NCBI GenBank assembly: GCA_019243195.1 | Contig: JAFAUQ010000007.1 | Coordinates: 15-64,014 of the forward strand | Direction of reading: 5' to 3' | Length of the DNA: 64,000 nt | Origin: Hyphomicrobiales bacterium | GTDB lineage: Bacteria; Pseudomonadota; Alphaproteobacteria; Rhizobiales; Xanthobacteraceae | Part shown: piece by piece, positions 13,780 through 21,013 of the stretch | Position numbering within the stretch: the first letter of the stretch is position 1 | Layout of the letters: each line of letters opens with the position of its first letter | Program-made: the position numbers and the translations under genes | Notes under the pieces: generated by a model | Databases searched by the model: none | The model's input: the letters and a program-made list of their open reading frames with translations, nothing else | What the model was told of the DNA's origin: nothing

Positions 13780-14190
13780 GTGAGATTTTTTGTCGCCTTG
13801 GGCCTCATTTTCGCAATGTGCGCCATTGTTGCGCCAACCCCGCAATATTTTGGCGCCGTCCAAGCGCAAGGCGACACGCGTTCAAGCCTAACGTCATCGG
13901 CCGAACTTACTGGACTTCGCGCCGTTCTGGCTAAGCGAGTCGTCGTTGGCGGTAAGGAGGCAGTTGAGATCGTCTTTGACGAACCATCGGCCGAGCGGTT
14001 TCGTCAATTTGCCAATGGAGCTGTCGGACATCGTATTGTGTTCTTTGTGGACCAAAGGAAATTGGCGGCATTGCGTCTGGTCGAGCCCCTTGCCGGAGCG
14101 AAGGCCCAATTGACCGGGGATTTCGATCGCGTCGCATTGGAATCGATTCTCCGGTCACCTAACGCCGTTATCGACCTGAAGCTGGAGTGA
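13780..14190 (+). CDS. secreted hypothetical protein (SecDF P1-head-like pattern)
   Basis: GTG start preceded by GGAGGA; signal-like N-terminus (V)RFFVALGLIFAMCAIVA; the segment IVFFVDQRKLAALRLVEPLAGAKAQLTGDF resembles the SecD/F periplasmic head motif. Confidence 0.5.
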   Translation: MRFFVALGLIFAMCAIVAPTPQYFGAVQAQGDTRSSLTSSAELTGLRAVLAKRVVVGGKEAVEIVFDEPSAERFRQFANGAVGHRIVFFVDQRKLAALRLVEPLAGAKAQLTGDFDRVALESILRSPNAVIDLKLE

Positions 14191-14302
14191 CGTCAGGCTT
14201 TTCGGCGGTGATCTTTGACTGTCATTGCCGCCAAACTGCAACGGCTCGGTCTGCGGCTTTGCATGCCGCTCGGTACAGATTTGAGTTCGATCGTTGCCCA
14301 GA

Positions 14303-15454
14303 TTATTGGGTCGCGGCGGTACGGCGTCGGCGCACAGCCCGAAGCGCGTCCGTAAGATGACTGCGCGATCCCATCCCAACCAGAGCACACGTGATGCCCG
14401 GCGCTCGGCTGGCAAAGGCGATCGCTTTTTCCGCGTCAGTCAGCGCCTTGTCCGAGCCTCCGGACAGTACCCCGGGCATGGCGAGGCTCCCACCAGCCAA
14501 CGTGGCGGAAGTGAGCACGAGCATGTCCTCTGCATGGGCGGCCGCGAGCAACGTCGCTCGTCCGTTGCGACCGCGCTGCGATCGCAACGTGGCGATCTCG
14601 CGCCACATCACGTTGTATGGAGCCTGTACGGCGGCAAAATGGTTTTCGCGGCCGCCCACATCGGCAGCGATGCTGCGCAGTCGATGCAGACTGAGATGAG
14701 CCGGCGCATCGTTGGTACAACGAAACGCTTCCCAGGTCGAAATCCCGAATTGACCGATATGGCCGCTGGCGCAGGCCTGCTCCAGCGCGTCGAAAGCTGC
14801 ACTCATGCGGCGCTCGAATTGATATTTCGACAAGCTGGCCGTGTGAACCTCGGGGTTGTGCAGCAGATAAAGATCGATCGTCGCCAGTCCCAGGTTGCGG
14901 CGACTGCGGGCAATTTGATCCGCTATAAATGCCGGAGCTATGCAGTGACTGCCGAGCAAGATATCGCCCGGCTTCAGCCCGAGTTGCTGCTGGTCGATAC
15001 GCGGGTCGAAGCGGCGATTCGCACCGCGTCCTCGCGGAGCGCGCGGCAGGTACCCGCATTTAGAGACCACGAATATCTCGTCACGTGCGGCGCTGCCGTT
15101 GCGGATCGAGTTTCGTAACGCTGCGCCAATTGCACGTTCGCAGGTCTGCGCGCCATAGCTTATGGCCGTGTCGATGACGTTGATGCCTCCGATCAAAGCC
15201 ATCTGCGCGACCCCGCGGTAGCGCTGACCACCCGCATCGTCGGAACCAAGCGAAGTCCCGAGGCCAACTCGTGATAAGCGCAGCTCGCGAAACGTCACGA
15301 ATTCAGTCGGGTGTCGCGAAGCATAGCGCCGCGTACCGGAGACTGTCGCTCGGCCCTTGACCAATTCTTCGCGAGCGGTTGCATCTCGCACCGCGCCGGA
15401 AAATCTGCTCACCACGGCCCCCGCCAAGCGACGCACCGCTGTACGCAGCGCCAT
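14303..15454 (-). CDS. aldo/keto reductase
   Basis: AKR tetrad context (IDTAISYG, FVVSKCGY, LLHNPE); start set at MALRTAV. Confidence 0.85.
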   Translation of the reverse strand: MALRTAVRRLAGAVVSRFSGAVRDATAREELVKGRATVSGTRRYASRHPTEFVTFRELRLSRVGLGTSLGSDDAGGQRYRGVAQMALIGGINVIDTAISYGAQTCERAIGAALRNSIRNGSAARDEIFVVSKCGYLPRAPRGRGANRRFDPRIDQQQLGLKPGDILLGSHCIAPAFIADQIARSRRNLGLATIDLYLLHNPEVHTASLSKYQFERRMSAAFDALEQACASGHIGQFGISTWEAFRCTNDAPAHLSLHRLRSIAADVGGRENHFAAVQAPYNVMWREIATLRSQRGRNGRATLLAAAHAEDMLVLTSATLAGGSLAMPGVLSGGSDKALTDAEKAIAFASRAPGITCALVGMGSRSHLTDALRAVRRRRTAATQ

Positions 15455-15582
15455 TCTAGAGTAAGATGCGAGAGCGCCAAGCGTCGTCGGCGGGTAGCCG
15501 GTCCAGCCGGATGTGTTTGGCCTTCCACCGGGAGCGGTGAAGCTTGGGATGTGTCTTGCAGGGCATTCCAGCCGCAATTTGG

Positions 15583-16134
15583 ATGTTTGGCCCGAACTGG
15601 ATCAGGAGCGAGATCTCACTCTCCACGCGAGAGTGTGATCGCCTGATAGAGATTGTCTCCTCAGCCGAATCGGACAACAAGCATGGCCGCGGAGGCGGCC
15701 GGTTGCGCCGGCGACGCGCCGGAAGACGCCACAAGTTGACCCTGACTCCACAGTCCGCATGGATGTATGACGTTCTCTATCAGGTCGTGACGGACGCCAA
15801 TCGCGAACGCTTCCGCTTGCTGCTCAGCGGGATCGAGCGTGCGCCGGAATATGTCGAGCAGACGGCCGGCAGCCGGCCCCTGCGCTGGCGCCGCGATTAT
15901 CGTCACAGGGATATTCACGATTCGTGCAAGCTGACAGTCATCTGCCAGCTGAGCGATCCTTCCGCCTATCGAGGGGGCGACTTGCAGATATTCGATGACG
16001 GCATAGCAACGACGGTGCCCGCTCGCGGCGGTTTTTTTGTTCTGCTCGGGGCGCTGTTTTGGCGGGTTACGCCCGTCACTCGCGGCGTACGGCGCTCCCT
16101 GGTATCCTGGTTTGCGGGGCCGAGAATGAGGTGA
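15583..16134 (+). CDS. 2OG-Fe(II) oxygenase-fold protein (P4H/PKHD-like) lacking both His metal ligands
   Basis: Paralog of 24403-25104 (KLTVICQLSD..GGDLQIF..RVTPVTRGVRRSLVSWFAGPR). HxD is RRD and the distal His is Trp. Confidence 0.75.
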   Translation: MFGPNWIRSEISLSTRECDRLIEIVSSAESDNKHGRGGGRLRRRRAGRRHKLTLTPQSAWMYDVLYQVVTDANRERFRLLLSGIERAPEYVEQTAGSRPLRWRRDYRHRDIHDSCKLTVICQLSDPSAYRGGDLQIFDDGIATTVPARGGFFVLLGALFWRVTPVTRGVRRSLVSWFAGPRMR

Positions 16135-16139
16135 GCGCG

Positions 16140-17024
16140 ATGCGGGGTTCAGGTTTCCATTTGACCGCGGAGGAGACCCGGCTGTTCAAAGAGCAGGGCT
16201 ACATCGTCCGGCCAAACGTCCTGTCGGCCCGCGAGGTCGACCTTCTCCGACGCGCATTGACCCCGGCCGAGCTGCGGCAGGATCGCCAGCCGCTTGCACG
16301 TCACAAGATCGACGCGCTGTGGCGACAACTGGTCAGGCACGCCCGCGTAGCCGGTCCGGTCGGCGAATTGTTTGGGGGCGTTCCGTGCGTCGTGCAATCG
16401 ATGATCGCGTTCAAGCCGCGGGCCCGGCCAGGGCGGCAGGCGCGCAACGGGATCGCTCTGCATCAGGATCAGCAATACATCAAGACAAAGCCGGCCGGCG
16501 TGATCGGTTGCTGGGTTGCACTTGATCACACCGATGCCGGCAACGGCGGATTCATGGTCGTGCCCGCCAGCCATTGCAAGGGTCTGCTTACGAGCCGGAG
16601 CCGCGAGGGTCGGCACTTCCAAAGCCACTCGGTCGTGCAGCACATGCGCGACTGCGATGGCAAGGAGTGGCACGAAACCGCAGATACTTTTGAGATTCCC
16701 GGCGTCAACTGGGACAACGCGATAGCACTCAACATCCCAAAAGGCGGCGCGGTCTACTTTGACGGATTCCTCGTCCACGGATCGCGCTCGAACACGGCCG
16801 AGGACCGAGATCGGCTTGCTGTCGCGATTCACTTCGTCAAGCAAGGAACCTGGGTATACCGGGTTGACCTCAATGACGTCTTCCCGGTCCGTCGCACTGT
16901 CCGCGAATTGCGCCGCAGAGGGAACGGCGCCCCGCGGTCGGCCGGGCGTCATCGCCCCAATGATCGGGGGGAGCGGGCAAACAGGCGAAAGGCAGGGACG
17001 AGGCGCAGGTATTCGAGTTCGTAG
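16140..17024 (+). CDS. phytanoyl-CoA dioxygenase (PhyH) family Fe/2OG oxygenase
   Basis: GYIVRPNVL, LHQDQ (HxD), WVALDHTDAGNGGFMVVPASH, distal FLVHGSRSN; the 3' end overlaps the convergent gene. Confidence 0.85.
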   Translation: MRGSGFHLTAEETRLFKEQGYIVRPNVLSAREVDLLRRALTPAELRQDRQPLARHKIDALWRQLVRHARVAGPVGELFGGVPCVVQSMIAFKPRARPGRQARNGIALHQDQQYIKTKPAGVIGCWVALDHTDAGNGGFMVVPASHCKGLLTSRSREGRHFQSHSVVQHMRDCDGKEWHETADTFEIPGVNWDNAIALNIPKGGAVYFDGFLVHGSRSNTAEDRDRLAVAIHFVKQGTWVYRVDLNDVFPVRRTVRELRRRGNGAPRSAGRHRPNDRGERANRRKAGTRRRYSSS

Positions 17025-17503
17025 GGCGTATGGTTGGCATCATGGCGATGGCCCGGATCATAGTAATGACCGCTGGTGAAGCCATCGAAACCGAAAACGT
17101 CCACCTGATAGCCCAACTCTTGAAGCAGCAGAAGAAGCGCGAAGCCGGTGGAGGGGCGCGGGAAAAGATGCCGCAGCCGGCAGCGCGCAGCAAATATCAT
17201 ACGACCGCGAAAGTGAGGTTTGATATTCGTCGATTCCGGCGCGATGGACGTGAACGGGCTGAGCGGCCTCAAGCCGTTGCGGCGACGGCGCGGTAAGGGG
17301 GGATTGACCGTCGTGTCACCGAAGGTGCACCAATGGGTGACGCGTGACCCGCACCATTGTTCATAGCCGTCGATCTGAAAGGCATTGATGCGAATTACCG
17401 TAGCGTAGCGGTCGATCACTTCTCCAAAACGGAAGTGGAAGCGACCATTGCCGATGACCGCGATTGGGCGCGAGAGCCCTGCGAGAAAAAGTTCCGTGAA
17501 CAT
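16949..17503 (-). CDS. GT29 (sialyltransferase)-like / DUF115-like glycosyltransferase-fold protein, short
   Basis: IAVIGNG...IDRYATVIRINAF (L-motif-like), PSTGFALLLLLQELGYQVDVFGFDG (S-motif-like), HYYD (motif III-like). Confidence 0.55.
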   Translation of the reverse strand: MFTELFLAGLSRPIAVIGNGRFHFRFGEVIDRYATVIRINAFQIDGYEQWCGSRVTHWCTFGDTTVNPPLPRRRRNGLRPLSPFTSIAPESTNIKPHFRGRMIFAARCRLRHLFPRPSTGFALLLLLQELGYQVDVFGFDGFTSGHYYDPGHRHDANHTPYELEYLRLVPAFRLFARSPRSLGR

Positions 17504-17567
17504 TATCTCTGCGGCAATGTTTTCCAGCTGAAGACATCGTGGCCGTTTGGAGATACAGCGCGCGCGA

Positions 17568-18779
17568 TCACGGGGAACGCCGCGGTTTGGCGCACCGGGT
17601 CAGGTATCCGTAGCGCAGAAGATCGTCCACGAGCTTGAGCTTGCTAGCGTCGTCGGCCGCGACCGGTAGATCGCGCACGCAGAACTCCAATCCCCGCGCA
17701 ATGTGCCGAAATGCCGGTTCGAGAGCGCGGTCGCCCCTGATGCTCGTGCCGGGCAGGTACAGGATGACCGACGGGCCGCTCACCTCGACGGTGCTTCGCA
17801 CGCCATCCGACAGCTTCAGCCGCGATGCCGTGGTCAGAGGCGCGGCCGCGGCGATATCGTGAAGGCCGCTGTGGGGTGGAAGATCGCTTTCGCTGAGCAA
17901 ACGTCCGCCCACCTGTGCGACGGCGACCGCGGTTTTCGGGTCGTCCGGTAGCCGTCGCGCCAGGTCCCGGAGCAGCCGACGATCGCGGGCACGAAGCCGT
18001 CCGTGCGAGGCAAATCCGCGCGGCAGATTGCGCCGGAACGGAGCGCTCGCGGTGAGGATGCCGCTGAAGACGTCGCGCCAAGTCGCCGGATGTACGCTCA
18101 GCGTGAGGTGCAGCGACAGGTCTTCCGTCGTGCAGGCTTCGTGCGCGACACCGCGTGGAATATAGACGACATCGCCGGGCGACAGCACGAGTTCGTGCGC
18201 CGGCTTTCCCGTTTCCTCAGGGGTGAGCGATTGCACCGGCGGCTCCACCGGCGCCTCAACCGTGCGACGGTAGATGCGCCAATGCTTATGCCCGGCGAGC
18301 TGCAGAATAAATACGTCGTGCGCGTCGTAGTGGGCGGCAAACCCTTGCGCCGAGCGCGGCGTGAAATAGCCGTTCGCCGCTATCGGCTGAGAGAGAAGCA
18401 CGCCCCGCTGGGTAAATTCGGCTTCGAGTTCCCGGCACAACCGGCCGATTCCAGCGTGGCGTCTGTGCAGCTTGGTCAAAAGCAGACTGTGACCTTGGCC
18501 GACGGCGCCGTAGACCTCGGCGAGGTCGAGTGTCCCCTCGCTTGTCAGCGCTGATTTTGGCGGCCGTTGCGCACGGCCCTTTACCAAGCTGAACCAACCA
18601 TCCTCGGGTGCGGCGAGCGACGCCAGGAGAAAATCATAGTCGGCGACGGAGGGCAGATCGTCATAGAAGTTCGAATCATTACGCTCGACGATCAATACTC
18701 TGCGTCCCCAATATGCCTGGAAGAATCGATCGATGCTGCGCGGGGCAATGAGGCCAGCAATCCCCGCACGACGCGACAT
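17568..18779 (-). CDS. JmjC/cupin-4 family Fe/2OG oxygenase (ribosomal-oxygenase-like)
   Basis: FAAHYDAHDVFILQLAGHKHWRIY and GDVVYIPRGVAHEA; C-terminal helical/winged-helix-like extension; ATG 18779 (alternative GTG 18791 overlaps the upstream stop). Confidence 0.85.
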   Translation of the reverse strand: MSRRAGIAGLIAPRSIDRFFQAYWGRRVLIVERNDSNFYDDLPSVADYDFLLASLAAPEDGWFSLVKGRAQRPPKSALTSEGTLDLAEVYGAVGQGHSLLLTKLHRRHAGIGRLCRELEAEFTQRGVLLSQPIAANGYFTPRSAQGFAAHYDAHDVFILQLAGHKHWRIYRRTVEAPVEPPVQSLTPEETGKPAHELVLSPGDVVYIPRGVAHEACTTEDLSLHLTLSVHPATWRDVFSGILTASAPFRRNLPRGFASHGRLRARDRRLLRDLARRLPDDPKTAVAVAQVGGRLLSESDLPPHSGLHDIAAAAPLTTASRLKLSDGVRSTVEVSGPSVILYLPGTSIRGDRALEPAFRHIARGLEFCVRDLPVAADDASKLKLVDDLLRYGYLTRCAKPRRSP

Positions 18780-18783
18780 CTGC

Positions 18784-20691
18784 TTAGGCACGACGCCCCC
18801 ATTTCCGTGGTGCGCCGCCCGGCAGCCGTTCTCGAACAGGCAACGCCAAGACCTCTCCTGCCTCTTGAAACACCAGGCCCAGATTGTCGAGCTCGTCGAG
18901 GGCGTCTTGCAGCGTTAGCGCGTCGAGATCCGGGAATTGAGCAAGTAGGTGCCGCTTGCGCGTCGGCCGGTCGCAAGCGAGGAAGAGTTCGCGCGCGCGC
19001 CCGGAAAGATTGACCAATTGGGACTCGTCGCCGCGATGGTCCGCGACGATGACGCACGCACCGCCGTCCCGAAAGGTCAGCATTTGAGAAAACCCCTCTC
19101 GGCGGCGTTGTTCATGATGGGCACGCCAACACCCTATGGCCGCTTCCATCTCATCCCATGCGGCCCGGGTGTCATCGTCCATGCTGGATTCAAATGGTAC
19201 GATTTGACAGACAGGCGCCTCGCTCAGAGCTTTTGGCAGAAAGCAAAGCCGCGCGCGGTCGAGGCTCTCCGAATAGATGCCGTATCTCTCCGGCTCGGCA
19301 TACATTCGACTGCCGCGGTCGAGGTAGAACTCGGCGGATGATGGTGGTCGATAACCGTACAGAGTCGGGAGCAGCTTCGTGGATTCGCGGAGTTCGGCAG
19401 CAGCTACGCCAGGCACGCGCAGCATGACGTTATACTGGAACGGGATGCCGAACTCTTCGCACAGTTTAATGGAAGCGATGTTGTCGATCGTCCGCGTACC
19501 CTTCTCCATGCGCGACAGGATGCCGGTATGGAAAGCTTCCACGCCGAGCTGAAGCCGGCGGGTTCCGGCCGCCGCCAGCAGCGCGGCCGTTTCCTCGTCG
19601 AGATCGCATCGCGCCTCGCAAAACAAGGTCACGTCCGGCGCCTCGGTTGCCAGCCGCCGCAACAGCTCCTTGGCATAGGCCGGAGGCAGATAGGCGTCGA
19701 TGAAACTCAGCTCCAGCACCTGAGTGCGCGCGATACTGGCGCGCATTTCCTCCCAGAGGGCATCGAGGGACTTCTGGCGGGCATTCGGAGAATTGCGGTA
19801 TAGCCCGCAAAACGTGCAGCCCCGCAGGCGGCCGTCGCCACGCCGGTGCTCCCAGGCGCATCCGCGCGAGGCCTCCATGGGCAGCACCAGCCCGGAGCGG
19901 GGATAGCCCGCATTCCGCGCGGCGTCGTAAAACTCCCCCATATCCGGGGGACGAGCGGTGTCGATATTGGCCTGCACCGAGGTTGGGCTCCGGCCGATCC
20001 CACCGTTGCCGTCGCGAAAGCGCAGGTTCGGCAGATCGGCAAGAACGCCCGCGCCCCAGTGCGGCAACCGCGCCAGCTTCGCGAGCGTCGCTTCTCCCTC
20101 GCCGTCGACGATCGCGTCGACCCAAGGCACGGCCCGGAGCAAATTGGCGCCTGGCTCGCCAAGAACGCCCCCGCCGCCGAGAATGACGCGCAGGTGCGGT
20201 GCGCGCCGCTTGAACTCGCGTGCCAGATAGAGGGAAGCGCCCAGTTGCAGTGCGCCGACCGAGATGCCGGCGAGGCTGTACTTCGTCAGGTCCAGCGCCG
20301 CGATCGCCGCTTGCGTGGCCTGCTCAACCTCGCGCAACGCGCCGTTTCGGGCCCAGTGCGCAAGTTCCGTGTCGCCGGCCCGTGTCAGCACATCGGCGGT
20401 GCGGTCCAGGATCTCGTGCGCCTCGTCGGGCGAATAGAGGGCGCAATAGAGCGCTTCTCCCAGCTCCCAGCCGTTGGCGACGCGATCGTAGCGGTCAAAT
20501 CCCAGACGTACGGCGACGTCGAAATGCAAATGCACGCCGTCGGCGGGAATGCCGTTGGCAGCAAGATGCGACTTGAGCACGCCAATGGCCAGCGAGGGCC
20601 ATGTCGCTAACCGCCAGGGTGCCGAAACCAGCAGAACGGCGTCCGGGTGATGCCCTTGCTTACTGGCCGAGGTGGTCGGCAGAGCGCCCAT
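18784..20691 (-). CDS. B12-binding-domain radical SAM protein (class B type)
   Basis: N-terminal Rossmann-like B12-binding region (AVLLVSAPW...), radical SAM core SRGCAWEHRRGDGRLRGCTFCG (Cx13Cx2C), GVEAF..ILSRMEKG; ATG 20691 (alternative TTG 20706). Confidence 0.85.
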   Translation of the reverse strand: MGALPTTSASKQGHHPDAVLLVSAPWRLATWPSLAIGVLKSHLAANGIPADGVHLHFDVAVRLGFDRYDRVANGWELGEALYCALYSPDEAHEILDRTADVLTRAGDTELAHWARNGALREVEQATQAAIAALDLTKYSLAGISVGALQLGASLYLAREFKRRAPHLRVILGGGGVLGEPGANLLRAVPWVDAIVDGEGEATLAKLARLPHWGAGVLADLPNLRFRDGNGGIGRSPTSVQANIDTARPPDMGEFYDAARNAGYPRSGLVLPMEASRGCAWEHRRGDGRLRGCTFCGLYRNSPNARQKSLDALWEEMRASIARTQVLELSFIDAYLPPAYAKELLRRLATEAPDVTLFCEARCDLDEETAALLAAAGTRRLQLGVEAFHTGILSRMEKGTRTIDNIASIKLCEEFGIPFQYNVMLRVPGVAAAELRESTKLLPTLYGYRPPSSAEFYLDRGSRMYAEPERYGIYSESLDRARLCFLPKALSEAPVCQIVPFESSMDDDTRAAWDEMEAAIGCWRAHHEQRRREGFSQMLTFRDGGACVIVADHRGDESQLVNLSGRARELFLACDRPTRKRHLLAQFPDLDALTLQDALDELDNLGLVFQEAGEVLALPVRERLPGGAPRKWGRRA

Positions 20692-20718
20692 CCCCACGCA
20701 TGGCAAAGCCGCCGCGGA

Positions 20719-20985
20719 TCAGCAGCTCGGTCCGCCCGGATTGGAGATGCACCCATCGCTCGCCATCATGCGCGCGCGCTGGTCCTTCAACAGCCCGGTG
20801 CTAAGTCTCTCGACATTCACGCTGAGGCTGTTATCGCGGGCAACCTTGACCATGCTGCGCGGCAGTTTCACCTTCCTGCTCGATGCTGCCGGGTGGCGCA
20901 CATTGAGCAACACTTTGGCCTTTATGCCACCCCGACCGGCGGCCTTCTTTGCACGCTTCTTTGCAGTCTTCCTTGCGCTCTTCAC
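20719..20985 (-). CDS. candidate substrate/precursor peptide (88 aa from GTG; alternative 44 aa from ATG 20853)
   Basis: In-frame GTG preceded by AGGGAG with 6-nt spacing, 29 nt after the rSAM/SPASM stop and 13-28 nt before the B12-rSAM start. GC3 about 70-80%. Sequence (V)KSARKTAKKRAKKAAGRGGIKAKV...MVKVARDNSLSVNVERLSTGLLKDQRARMMASDGCISNPGGPSC. Confidence 0.45.
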   Translation of the reverse strand: MKSARKTAKKRAKKAAGRGGIKAKVLLNVRHPAASSRKVKLPRSMVKVARDNSLSVNVERLSTGLLKDQRARMMASDGCISNPGGPSC

Positions 20986-21013
20986 TTGTTGCTCCCTTGC
21001 TTCATGTTGTCGA

